NCBI GenBank assembly: GCA_951406725.2
Contig: OX597817.1
Location: 105,214,001-105,278,000, forward strand
DNA: 64,000 bases
From: Octopus vulgaris
Taxonomy: Eukaryota
Direction of reading: 5' to 3'
Of the stretch, positions 38,647 through 52,112 are shown in pieces. A program made the position numbers and the translations under genes. The notes under the pieces are model-generated. The model saw nothing but the letters and a program-made list of their open reading frames with translations, was not told where the DNA came from and did not search any database. Numbering within the stretch: the stretch's first letter is position 1; each line of letters opens with the position of its first letter.

Positions 38647-39845
38647 ACATGAGTTAAAATAATAAAATAAGAACAGTAATAAACGAGTGAAGAAAAAATA
38701 AATAGTGCGTGTGTTTATTTGGCAAAAACAAAATAACCATCCTGATACACACACACACACACTTACAGAGGCATACTTATGTTTTATAAAATATTCTCTA
38801 TATCACCATATATTTTTTATTTGTTTTTTTCCACTTCGGTATTGTGTGGTAGCCCCGCACCCCAATCTTTATACTATTAAATATGTTCGCGATGACCGAC
38901 GTAAAACTGAATACATTGACTGAAATTGAAGTTTATTTTCCAAATTATTAAAAAAAAACAAACTATGTAAAGTCGAAAAAGACGTAACTCGAAATGACGT
39001 AAGTTGAGATACGCCCGTGTGTATGTGTGTGTGCACGCGCGCGCGTACACATACACATATACACAAGCATACAAGTGTGCGTACTCTTCCTTCGAGAGCA
39101 GTTGTCATTGTTGACGTTGATGAATGATGCATGATGATGATCTAAAGAAATATGAAACTAAGAAAATATAAGACAATACAATGAAACCCGAAAAGATTTA
39201 TTGAACACCAACACCACCACCACTACTACCTCCAACCCTATTTCCACCCCACACCAACACCGTTATTTTCAAGTTGAACGTTAATTAAAATAGATTATTA
39301 TCGTGAGGCATATGCCGAACTTATGGAGCTAGTACGAATCTAATGTTACAACTGCTTCTAATCATTTGAACTATAATATATATAATTATTATATATATAT
39401 ATAAAGAGAAGCAAGCGTGCTGATATCTAGTTATGAATTTATCTGAATTAAGTATCCAGCTGAAACGAACACGACTCTGTAACATCAACAAAAAGAAATG
39501 TAGGGTAGTAGCAGCGGGCTTAGACGTGACCTATTTACTTACCTCAATGATTTATATTGACTGTCATTGCGATAGCCTCTCCTCTCTCTCCCACTCTCTC
39601 TTTCTGTCTCTCTCTCTCTCTCTTTCTGGAAACTGTATCCTGGTAAGGGTACATGGCAGATCAAAGTATTTTTTCAAGGTCAAGGTCAAACGTGAACGTG
39701 GCAAACACGTACACAATTATACGCACGCGTGCGCTCGCATACACACATACACACAAACACACACTCACACACACATATACACTCATATTTGCATACGTGT
39801 GCAAGTATACATATATGTATATGTATGTATATATATATATATATA

Positions 39846-40470
39846 CAGCAGTTGGGCAAAATGGAAACGCCTTAAAATTTTAAGCAAATCTATTTTAATA
39901 TGAGGTAGGACCACTTTGGCAGTAATTACAGCTTGAGTTGTACGAGGCATGGACTCGTACAAAGTTTGAATTGTTTCTAAAGGAATTTTTGTCCATTTTT
40001 CAGCTAAAACAGTCTCCAGTTCTTGTAGTGATGATGGTGGAGGATATCGACTCCTTACTTGTTTTTCTAAAATGCACCATAAATGTTCAATAATATTGAA
40101 ATCTGGGGACTGTGATGGCCTGATAAGATGTTCAACTTCACTAGAATGTTCCTCGTGTCGTTCAGTAACAACTTTAGCTGTGTGAATTGGTGCATTATCA
40201 TCCTGAAAGATTGCGTTTCCCTCCGGAAACAGTTCCGCGACCATATGATGAATTTGATCAGATAAAATGCTTAAATAGTCTTGACTATTAATTCTGCCAT
40301 GAAGGGAAACCATTGGGTCGGCAGATTTCCAAGATATAGCCCCCCACCCACCAGATCATCACAGATCCTCCTCCACGTTTAACAGTTGGAAGAAGGCAGT
40401 CTGGGTCAAATGGTTCTTTTGGCTGTCTCTACACCTACACTCGGCCGGTGGTCGGAAATAAGGTAAATAA
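39846..40470 (-). mobile_element. Tc1-family transposon 3' half
   Basis: TA|cagcagttgggcaaaa end; PTVKRGGGSVMIW, IFQDDNAPIH and SQSPDFNIIEHLW motifs. Confidence 0.9.
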
Positions 40471-41715
40471 CATTTTCTCGGAGGCTTCTTTTCACCATCT
40501 CACCACACCAGTCCGAAACGATTTTGACATTTTTTTCTTTACTACCCACAAGGGGTTAAACATAGAGGGGACAGACAAAGGGATTAAGTCGATTACATCG
40601 ACCCCAGTGCGTAACTGGAACTTAATTTATCGACCCCGAAAGGATGAAAGGCAAAGTCGACCTCGGCGGAATTTGAACTCGGAACGTAATAACAGATGAA
40701 ATACGGCCACGCATTACGCCCGGCGTGCTAACGTTTCTGCCAGCTCGCCGCCTTCGACATATTAATCTGTCAAATGTAATGCTTATTTGTTCCCATTATT
40801 TTGAATTATTCAGGTTCAAGAGAGGTGTCCACAATATTTGCTAGTAACTTTGTAAATTTTTTACATACGGATTTGAAATGTTGTCAGAAGGTGCATTATA
40901 TACCACTGGTTTATTTTATAATTTTAGCTGATCTTGCTGACTAAATTTGACTTTTATGGGGAGGTAATTTTAATTAACAGGTGTAAAAGCAATAACATTA
41001 TGGATAAACACTAAAGTTGAAATTCTTAATGCATCTTACCTGTTTGATTTTTACTAATATTATCCCAGATGGCAACCGACAAAAATTTTGCCACTTTTCA
41101 AGATGAGGTACATTAATTTGAATAAATTATAATACAGATGTAATCGGTACAAGATTTTATTCTTTCGATAAATATTTCGTCCTCGGTGTGGAATGATTTT
41201 TTCCCGAGTTTTTTTTTTTTTTTTTCTGGTGCATCTAACTTAAAAAACCGCCGCAAGCCACTTTTGTTTTCCAGAAAAGAAAGGTGGGAGGGTGGTGGAG
41301 AGCTCGAAGTTTCTTACTAAGGGAGTTTTGTTTCGCGATTTTTTTCTTTTCCAGGTTATTTTGCACGCTTTCAACGAATGTGACATCAAAATCACGGGTT
41401 AACGGCTTCTTTTTCCGGCAAAAGAAAGATTTGGTTGCTATTTCTAGCATGCTCTGCTACCACGTAGCAGCAATTTGCGCTCACACCGAAATATTTACCA
41501 ACTTTTCCTTCCATTTATTTTTTCCACCTTATGAAAGTCAATATTTTCTCTGTTGATATCAGTTAATTTTGCTTTTCTCCCAGTTCAGTGCTTTCTGGAG
41601 GAAATGCGCTCACATTATCTCAAAGTTACGAGAATTCACTAACGTGATTTGTTTATTTTTTAAAAAGATTTCGTGGAGGGTTTAGGCCAGTTTAAACAAT
41701 AAAGGGTTAAAAAGT

Positions 41716-41880
41716 GCCAAAACTAAAAAATCAGCATTTTGGGCCTTTTTGAGGGCTTTAGAACCCCAAAACTATAGTTTTTCTGTTTATTATTATTATT
41801 TTTGCTTAGAGTTAAAAAATGCTGATTTTATAGTTTTAATTTTCAAAGGGCCTTAAAAAGGCTAATTTCATAGTTTTGGC
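41716..41880. repeat. Imperfect fold-back repeat
   Basis: gccaaaacta/tagttttggc, aaaatcagcatttt/aaaatgctgatttt, gcctttttgagg/ccttaaaaaggc. Confidence 0.55.
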
Positions 41881-42127
41881 CCTTATTAAAGGCTTTTAGA
41901 GCCAGAAAAGAGTGAAAAATACTAAAATGAAACACAATATTAGTATTAAACTAAAAAAAATTATTGATAAAGTGGCTTTAAAAAAATAAAAATAATAAAA
42001 ATGAAAACACACAATATATGCAGTTCTATATTTAAAAGATGAGGAATTATGTACATTACTTACATTTGACGGATATTTGCCCTCATCTTGTTTGTTTTTA
42101 ACACGTTTCGGCTGATATACCTTCCAG

Positions 42128-43860
42128 TTTTGAAATTGTTGTTTGCTCTCACTAGTATTTTTTGAACTGCTTTTTTTCTTCCCATTTATGGGAGAACCAA
42201 CGAGAAGTGCTATGCAAGCTGAACCAGCCAAGAGCCACAGTTATGCGGCTGCAACTGGAAAAGGTGTTGAAGCCCAGGATTTGGAAGTACGAGAGGTGAA
42301 AATCGAGCCGGAAAGGTTGAAGGAATGCGGCAACCTTTTAGAAAGGGAAAGCCACAATCGAAAACTGACGCCTCCACTCGATTTAAAATATGGTGTAAAG
42401 AGAAAAACCATAATTTATAAAACTCTGAAAGTAACGTCGAAGAAAATTGAAGTAGCACCAATTGAAGAAATTGAGAAGAGTTTACAAGTAATTAAAAGAA
42501 AGACTACTTTCATAACAAGAGGAAGAAAATATGGCACAGTGGAAGTGCGTTTCGATATCGACGTCGATGCGATATTGTCTCCACTGACGCCATTAAATCG
42601 AAAGAGTGAGTTTTCCTACCAACTTACTGCGACAGAAGAGTTAACCGAGTGAGGGTGGGTAAAATACCACCAGAATTGGAGGAGACATGGCTGGTTGCAG
42701 CGATATTACACAATATGGAAGAAGATGCCAGGATACTAAGTGTGACAAGAACGAGAAAGGTAGACTGGTGGAGATACGGCATCAGGATCTCACTTTAGAC
42801 AACTGAAAGTGATAGGATCAAGATCCCAGAAGAAGTAATTCTACCAGATGATGTGAGATTGAGAGTAGTGGTGGAGGGCAGGCCTCCCAGATGATATCTA
42901 TGTGGCGAGAGAGGTCACACGAAGGCGAAGTTCCCTCAGAAAGAAGAAAAGGAACAAGAAATAGAACAGTCGGAGGAGCAGGAGAAAGTGAATGATGGGG
43001 TACAGGAGGAGGAGAAAGAGGCAGAGGAGGGATTCGAAGTGGTAAAAAAAAAGAAGAAAGGGCTCTCTGCCTGAGAGACATAAAAAGAAAAAAGAAACAA
43101 AGGAGATAGGCGAAGCAGTTGTAAATGAGGTTGAAAAGGAGATTGAGAGAGAGGTGGAAAAGGGGGTTGAGAAGGAAGTAATGGAGGAGGAAAAGATGGA
43201 AGCAGGCAGACTGGAGGCTTGTGTAACCCATGAAGTGGAACAGCAGCGAGAGGAGGAAGCGACAGCAACTGAAATGGGTTGAGTGACGCCAAGAGCAGAA
43301 CACAGTGAGCAAGAGCGGAGAAAGTACAAGTGGTATTTTGTAAAATACGGCACAAAATGTATGCACGGAAAAGATGATTAAGCAAGATGAAATCGGTCAT
43401 AAGGGTGAAGTTGCCAAAAGAAAATTACGCTGAGAATGTGAAGGTGATTATAAAAGACAAGGAAAGGTACAGCAGGAGGAAAGAAAAATGCAGATTCGAA
43501 CCACCAACTTTTTAGGTAGAGTTCGACGAACTACCATCGAACTAAATGAATTAAGGCCGTATATAAAAGGAATTTTAAAAAAGAGAGAGTAACTTGTGTT
43601 TATGAAAAAAAAAAAAGAAAAAAAGATCAAAACAAAAGATGCAAAGAGACTAAAAACATGGATTATAAAACGGACAGTAAGAACGTTTAAATGGTACTAT
43701 GTGTGAATGGGGCGCATGCAGCCATTTCATCTTCATCAATTTCATTGTACGTATTACCATTTTTCATTTTTCATTCGTTTTATGTTTTTGTCCCCACTGT
43801 GCTGTCCTGTCTGTCTTTGTATTGTCCCCTCTGTGTTAGGCCCTTGTAGCTGTAATAATC
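42128..43860 (+). mobile_element. Decayed ORF1/gag-only LINE-like element (L1/Tx1-type ORF1)
   Basis: SYAAA motif, RRM-like ..TRGRKYGTVEVRF.., then VVVEGRPPR*YLCGERGHTKAKFP (decayed CX2CX4HX4C) and an E/K-rich region; no EN or RT; 3' tail shared with SINEs. Confidence 0.72.
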
Positions 43861-43936
43861 ATTATTTATAATTTCCTAACAGTGTGTGTATAAGCATAAC
43901 TCATACATACATACAAGCATATATATATATATATAT

Positions 43937-45089
43937 ATATGTTAATAAAATATATGCATATATATAAACATATATGTACGTACCTACCTCTACATGTACA
44001 TATACACGCATATATGTGTACAGGACACCAAAAGGACGTCGAACACATAGAGAGACGAAAAACATAGACACAAACCAAGGAACAAGACAAGCAAAAAAAA
44101 GGAGATACAGGACAATAAGCACAACGAAAAACCCCCTTCTTCAGTCGCTAAAGTTTCATCTACTAAACGTTTCAAAGGATAAAAGCGAGACGTATACTTC
44201 GAATGAAAAATTCCTTCCTACGAAAAGCAAATCAATTAAAATTCTGAGATCTTGTCGCAGAGGGGTAAAAAAAGCAAGACGGTAATGACAGTACAAACAT
44301 ATAAACAGTAAAAAATATATATATAAACAGTGGAAAAATAAATATATAACAGTGAGAGACAGGACAAGGAGAACAAGATAAGAAGGGCTGTTAACGCCAG
44401 ACGAAAAAAGTATTGCAAACGCTGGATTATAGTGGACGACGAGAGAGGAAGATGTCGACCAGTGGCCTTAGAAGGCAGGTGAGAAAAGACGGGATAGCAG
44501 TTACGACGGAAGTACGTCGCAGATGGACGACGGGAATGGGGGAGGAGGAGTAAGAGGAAGAGAGAGAAGAAGGGGAATGGTGTGAGGAGACCATGAAGAA
44601 CAGTGAGGGGGAGAGAGAGAGGAAGAGACAAGTTAAGTGAGGGAAAAAAAGACGAAAAAGGGAATGGGAGAGAAAGAAAGAAAGATGCAGAGTCGCGTGA
44701 GAGTTAATATCAAGGCGAACTTGATAAACAGAACAATCTTACTTAATAGGGTGCGTGCGTTTAGTCGTATAATATGTTAATAAAATATATGCATATATAT
44801 AAACATATATGTACGTACCTACCTCTACATGTACATATACACGCATATATGTGTACAGGACACCAAAGGACGTCGAACACATAGAGACGAAAAACATAGA
44901 CACAAACCAAGGAACAAGACAAGCAAAAAAAGGAGATACAGGACAATAAGCACAACGAAAAATCCCCTTCTTCAGTCGCTAAAGTTTCATCTACTAAACG
45001 TTTCAAAGGATAAAAGCGAGACGTATACTTCGAATGAAAAATTCCTTCCTGCGAAAAGCAAATCAATTAAAATTCTGAGATCTTGTCGC

Positions 45090-45092
<3 letters not shown>
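43937..45092. mobile_element. (TA)n-inserted element with ~322-bp direct terminal repeats (Penelope pLTR-like partial tandem)
   Basis: 43937-44261 is nearly identical to 44772-45092; non-coding purine-rich spacer; no TG..CA LTR ends. Confidence 0.72.
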
Positions 45093-45167
<75 letters not shown>

Positions 45168-45338
45168 TTTTAAGAATACATCTCAGAAAAATACAGGCAC
45201 TCGCATGTGTCAATAGAGTGCAAGTATTAATCTTAATCCATTTCAGCCAATCTTAGCAATCAGTTTCGCACAAGAAAGTAGGTGATTGCCTAACACTCAG
45301 AGAGTCCGGCATAGGATAATAGGACAACGGTTCTCTGC

Positions 45339-45452
<114 letters not shown>

Positions 45453-46729
45453 ACTGTAAATTTCACATGATCACATTATAACGCTGACTGATACGAGTCA
45501 GATTTTTATTATTGCTAAAACTAAAATAATGGTAGCAAAACTTCAGAGGATTTGGTAATCATGCCCAGAAACAGCGTAAGAAACAAGAGGAAAATAGTTA
45601 TGGAAAATTGATGAGCAGATAAACAACTTGAATAATTCAATTTCTGTTTATTAGATCTGGAGTCTCCGGTAAGGCGGATTAAATACTGCAATTATACTAA
45701 TAATTATTTTTTACCACTTTCCTGCTGGCATTGACTTACAATTGTTTAAACGGTACACTTACAGCGCCAAGCTCAGTTGTTATATATATAAAAAAGAGTT
45801 CTGTTTGGAATGTATTTCGTCGTCTTGCTGTAGTGTGCATTCAGAGAAATATTTGATGGTGTTCTCTATCAGATGAGTTCCTATTCAAGTTAGCCGAAAT
45901 GAGAGAAAAACTCAACAAAAAGCAGAAAATAAATCGCAGTTCATCATTCAAGATCTACTCTTTTATAAAGATGCAGTACTAGTTGCTGACAGTAAGTCGA
46001 CTTTGCAAAACAATGGCTATTAAGCTTTCCTTAGCATGCAAAACCGTTTCACAAGATGCAGGTATAATGAAATTATCATATCACAAAAAGTAATTACCTT
46101 GTTTATATCGCCTATCATAACTTTTCCTATTTGAGATCTAATGCGACATCATTGGTATATTTGGATGAATAAATCAACATTAGGACACGAAAACATCTAC
46201 AATGTTTAGAAAAATTACAGGAAAGATCATAGAACAACAAAATATTAAACACAAAATCTAAGATCAGAAGCTATGAAGCATATGTCCTCAGCACATTGCT
46301 GCATGGTTCTGAGTCACAGACTACAAACTCAAGACTTGTGCGTTATTGTTTCTGGTTACGATAGCTTCATAAGATCACCAACATCGCAGTGTTGCAACTT
46401 GTGCAACTACCAAGTTTAATGTCAATGATGGCTAAGCCATGTTGAACGTATGGAAGACAATAGGGTTCCTAAACAGTTGTTCTTCAGTAAGCGTTCTCAA
46501 GCAGCACGAATAAGAAGTAAGGAAAAGAAAAAAAAACTGAATCAGCTTTCCGATGACATATGTCAAAGCAAAAATGACATGGACAATAAAAACTAAATAT
46601 CCCGCTATGTATGGCACTTTAAACAATCTATTAAAAACGTATGTGTGTATGTATGTATGTATGTATGTATGTATGTATGTTTGTATGTTTGTATGTATGT
46701 ATGTTTGTGTGCGCGGATGTATACACACA

Positions 46730-48964
46730 GGATGGCGCCCTCGACATCAGACGGGCAGGCGTAGAGGGCCGTTTAAAAACATTTTTTTAATGCTCCCTTC
46801 TACATTTATGCCGACTCCGCCAGCCTAAATGAGTAACTGGTTTATTTCTCCCATTATAAATAAGAGAAACACATTTTACCAACCAATGCAGCGCTATTCA
46901 GACCGGATTTTAAAAATATATTTTATACCACGTGAAACACGATTATGGCTGAAACTAACAACACCACCACCAACGAAAACAGCACTACATCAACAGTAAG
47001 TTATCTGAGAAGGCGTAAGTACTCCTCTCATTTTACTTGGACTCTACATTTAAATCAAGAACTACTTCGATGCTATGAAAAAGCCTGTGAAGACACTTCT
47101 AACGAATATATGAAGGAGTTTAAAAAATACTGGGATGAATCTTACCCCAACTTAAGCAACTTTACTGCGAAACAACTTCGACAACAAGCATATTTTTTAA
47201 AGAAAAATTACTTGCTCTCATGATGCAAATCGATTTTCTCAAGACGCTGAGAACTGGCCAAAACCTGCCAAAAGTGAGGTCGAAAACAACGTAAACAAAC
47301 CGCTACAGCCATCAATAAATTCTCGTGTCTCTCCAAATGTAGCTGAGTCAAGAGAGACAACTATGGAACATATTCAAATTAGAAATATCCTGAAACCACA
47401 GTTCGTAGAAAAAATTTCTATTTTTTCAAAACTATCATTAAACAACGGGCCACTCTTAACAAGACTAAGAAAAATCTAGGAGCTCTAATGTTGAAAGTTA
47501 TCGACGATGTCGCTGATGAACACAAGGAGTCATGTGATGTTAATTACTGGAGTATTTATATCCTCATATACACACAATGCTATAACTCTTACGAGAAATC
47601 TGCAGTATGCATGGTAATGAAAGTACTAAACCGAAACAAAGTAGATGGAAAACAAAACTTGAAGAAAACATCAACAATTTATGCCGCCATGTTAGATGGT
47701 GATGGTGAACAACGATATTAAAATGTAAGAGGAACAATGAGTTTACACGTCATCAGCCACATCTTATAAACAACTTAACAAAACTGTATGGTGACACTTT
47801 ACAACAAGCTCTTGAGGGGAGGTTAATTCCTCTGAAATACGAACTCAGGGCTCTGAGTGAAAATCTTCGCTACCGCAAACGAATTTTTAAATGAGCCTGT
47901 ATAAATCACAAGTTTGCTTCTAACCCACAGTCAGTAAATAGAAAGATGAAGAAGGAAAATATTACCGTTAAGAAAGCCCCCCACCTCAAGAAGATCTTGA
48001 ATCATTCTAGTTGAAAATCTGGAGCGAAAAGTGGAATCTCAACCTCAGTGCATCGTGGCTAAATGCAGTAAAAAGAGAATACCGTATCAACATCAAGAGT
48101 AAAATATATGCAAATGACCCGGAAATTTTCATCATAGCTGTATACAAACTGTATTATGGGAAGGCACCCGGAAGAGACCTAATAGTTGGATACTGGTAAA
48201 AGAGGCTGATATTTTATAACAATCCACAAATAAGTATATTCAAAAGTACTATGGAAGTTTAAGACTGACTAAATTCGTTTGCTATAACACGGACGAATCT
48301 TGCTGCCAAGAATGAAACCACCGAGTTGCCTGAAAACTACACGCCTATTGCTTGCCTAAATATTATGTATAAACTGTACACAAGCTGCTGCAACAAATTC
48401 CTCTAGGATTATTGTGAAAAACAATATGTAATGCCTTTCGGAAAGAAAAGACTGTCCTGGAATAAATATAGAGAATTCCCCCTGTTACTGAATGCGTACA
48501 CAAATAGCAGCACAAGGAATACTGGCGGAACATTCCCATCAAAACATATGTCGGATATTGTTGCTTGAGACAGACAGGAAAAAGTATGTACCATCATAGA
48601 GGTTAGTTGTCCTACTGATGTGAATATCTCTTTGAAAATCAAAGAGAAAGAAAATAATTTTGGCCAACTGCTTCGAAACCTCCAGCTTCTATATCCGGAT
48701 TGCAAATATGTATTTATACCAATCATAATTGGTTTAATATCAATTATAATTTGGTTTCGTAAGTAAATGCCTCACTGACAATCCGGATAAGCTTGGATTT
48801 TCAGAAAAAGAAACCAACCGACTCTCACAATACAAATGCAATCTGTAAGCAGAACAGTAGAACTATGTAAGACTTTTCTCAGGTTTAAAAGATGGAGCTC
48901 TTTATCTTTGTTAGAAACCAGCTCCTTCTTCAGATGAATAATTTAAATGAGACAAACATACATA
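46730..48964 (+). mobile_element. R4-clade non-LTR retrotransposon with internal deletion of the RT core
   Basis: N-terminal W..ELLRCY..EYMKEFKKYWDESYP..FTAKQLRQQA; GKAPGRDLIVGYW; NYTPIACLNIMYKLYT; then directly RLE-like SDIV..TIIEVSCPTDVNI..KEKENNF..FIPIIIG; flanked by (TATG)n and catacata. Confidence 0.82.
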
Positions 48965-51315
48965 AAAAAGGGTCAAAGGTCATTCTTAGACCGTGGGCTC
49001 TTAAGACTGGTTTCCAGGATTCTGTGGCGTAAATATCCTGTACTGGACGAGACGTTGGCCCGTCGCAGGATTACTCATATTCGCCAGCTGAGTGGACAGG
49101 CGCAACGTGAAATGAAGTGTTTTTGCTCAAGAACACAGGAATCAAAAGCACAACCTTAGGATCATGAGAGAAACACCCTAACTACTAAACCAAGCACATC
49201 CATCATCCATATATACATGCATGCACACATACAAACACACATGCCTGAAACTGCATAGCCATACGTACGTATACAGTTGAAGAGTTTGCTTGGTATTGAT
49301 TTCAAATTTTGGGCACAAGGCCAGCTGTTTTGGGAGAGGGGCCAAGTCAACTGCTACTTATTTTATCGACCACGAAAGAATGAAAGGCAAAGCTAGCTTC
49401 AGTGGGATTTGAACTCAGAACGTAGATACAGACAAAATGCTGCTAAGCATTTTACCCGTCATGCAAAACGACTCTGCCAGTTCGCCAGAGTTTGCCTGAT
49501 ATCAATCACAGAGACTGAACGTTTTCACAGTATTCGTCAGACGCATTTACACATTACTACTCTGTTTAATTAATGTTTCAGTTTACAAATTATATAACAA
49601 AACAAAATAAATCAAAATTTAAACAAAACCATACTTGTTCGCGTTTGACGGTTTTCCCTCACCAATGTGTGTGTGTGTGTGTGTGTGTCTGTGTGTGTGT
49701 GTATAAAATTATATATAATATACACATGCACGCGTATATATACATACACGCATACACACTCACATATACATGCACACTCAAACGTTTAAGATGGTATGAT
49801 GAATTTTAGGGACATTTAGTTGCTATTTCTAACAGGTTGAGTTGCCTCTTCAAAGGCGTTTTGTGTGTCACTTTGTTCTCTATAGTAAGACTTGAAGACG
49901 ATAAATTATCAAAAATATATGTACCTCATTAAATATGTAAATGTGTTTATACATACATGCACACACATATACATACAAACAACATATAAGTACGCATACA
50001 TACATACACATACATATATACAAACACACACATATATTTACATAGAAAGCCACGTACATACTACATACATGTATGCATGCCTGCAACCGTCTTTCCATAC
50101 ATATGTACATAATTGAAGAATGTGTAAATTCATGCATGTGCATTTTTGTGCATCTATTTATCAGTAAGTTAAATTAATGATTTCATTTGATTTTAATAAA
50201 AGTGTGTGTCTGTGAGAGAGACGGGGGAAGAGAGAGAAAGAGAGTAAGAGACAGACACGCAGAGACAAAGACGGAGAGCGTACACAGTTCTTTATTTTCT
50301 ACAAGGTTGCATTGACATTTCACGGAAGATTGTTGACTTATCAATAAAGAATATCGTTCGACCTTCATTAGCTAACGATGTTGTGTATTCATCTATTGAT
50401 CACTTTCTTTCTTGTTAGGTTTTATTAAATTTAATTTTATTTAACGTTGAACTTTCAGATCTCTAACTATGGCAAAACAAATCACATGAAACAATTATCT
50501 TTTGTTTGACCGATCTGGATCCTAGAATATTTTTTCTTATTTCACTTTAACAAACATCTAAAAGAGATGTGTTGCCGATATGGAAGTCGTGCAAACAACG
50601 TGCAGTAGTGGTAGCAATTTCTTGGCTGGAACTGGGTTCCTGATCAGCTTCTCTCCCACCTGTATATACACATTCTATTTGTAATTAAATTTAATTAATT
50701 AAAATTTTAAGAATTTCTCCTGTGCCTTTATTTGAACCTAGTTGATCACCCTCCTCACTATGTATGTAGTTTTAACTGAAGCATATTGATGCATTACATA
50801 AACAGTGTAAGCATTGAGTTTGTTATATAACCAACTTCGAACAATACAGCAGTACCATAACAGGATATGGCACTGCGCTCTGAAAATAGATAATTTTAAA
50901 TATGTGCATCTACGCCATTAAGTAGAAATAACCGCTTGTACAACATACAGCCCGCGGCAGGATCCGACCTGCTGAGACTAATTATTTGGTACGGTGAAGG
51001 ATATATTAAAAAATATGTTATAACATGTAATAAAAATTTCATCAAGAATGATAGAGAAAACGATGTTCTGTGAATCACAGCAATTAAAAAATTTCTGCCT
51101 TGTCACGATTTATAACCATATAAACAAATAAATGTATAAATGGATAACTAACTCAATAAATAAATAAAATAGGAAAAAAATTGAAGTATTCATTTCTTTT
51201 AATTGAAAATGTAGTATGACCTGCAGTGGTCTCATGATAGTAATATGACCTCTGATTTGTGTAGATTGTTATCTAACAGTTGTTGATGTCAATGTTGTGC
51301 TTACACTCACGCGTA

Positions 51316-51542
51316 TACGAGAAGGATGGGATGCCGAAAAGTTCCTGGCTTTGGGTAAAAGAAAATTCAGGAGGATCAGGTAATTATGGTTTTATTCAAC
51401 ATATTCTCCTCTCAGAATCATACACTTATTGCAGCGGTCTTTGAGTTTTTCAAAGCTCTGTAAAAGAAGTCGGAAGGTTGGGCTTCCAACAAGGCATTTC
51501 ACGATACCCTTAAAGCCTGGAACTTTCCGGTATCACTTCGTA
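51316..51542. mobile_element. Mariner-type MITE
   Basis: gatgccgaaaagttcctggcttt / aaagcctggaactttccggtatcacttcgta TIRs with TA ends. Confidence 0.75.
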
Positions 51543-52039
51543 TATTCATCAACTCATTGATGAGCAAATGAAATGTCATCCCGTTGTTATTATATGAAAA
51601 TGTGTCGAGTCATGTGATATTTTCAATTCGTTATGTTTCACAGAAATGTAATAATTGCTCATTTCTTGCTTCTATGAACACTCGAAATTAAGACGAATGA
51701 AGGGAATTGATGGGAATGATATATCTACTCAATCATTCTCTGTCTAGTATATCGATAGTCCAAAATCAGCAAAGAATACTCGGAGCAACGAGTGTAACTT
51801 GACTGTTCGTCAACATTTACCATTAGATGCAAACTCTAATATTTTGAAGGTAAGTTAAATCGGATATTGAGATACTTTCAACAATATTAACATTAGCGTG
51901 GAATCAGTAAAGCAGATTCAACAAAGAATCGAAATTCTGTTGCGATTTAGCCTGCCATTAAACTCATGATGATAATTTTGTTAATATAACTGAGTTTTCG
52001 CCGTACTTTGACTATACGACAGGGAAAAAAATGATAATT

Positions 52040-52112
52040 ATGTATGGGGGAATCGAACCTACACCTAACATTTTTGCGATAAATGTGATGACCGATTACA
52101 CCAACATATGCA
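52040..52112 (-). pseudogene. tRNA-like sequence (decayed tRNA or SINE head; anticodon position reads CGC)
   Basis: Reverse complement has A box tggtgtaatcgg, stem-loop cattt-atCGCaa-aaatg and B box ggttcgattcc; acceptor and T stems pair poorly. Confidence 0.45.

Noticed and set aside
42818-43400. Three overlapping minus-strand ORFs of 151-182 aa
   Set aside because: Antisense shadows of the purine-rich, decayed ORF1 on the plus strand
43937-45092. LTR retrotransposon or TRIM
   Set aside because: Repeats lack TG..CA ends, no PBS is recognisable, and the element is embedded in (TA)n
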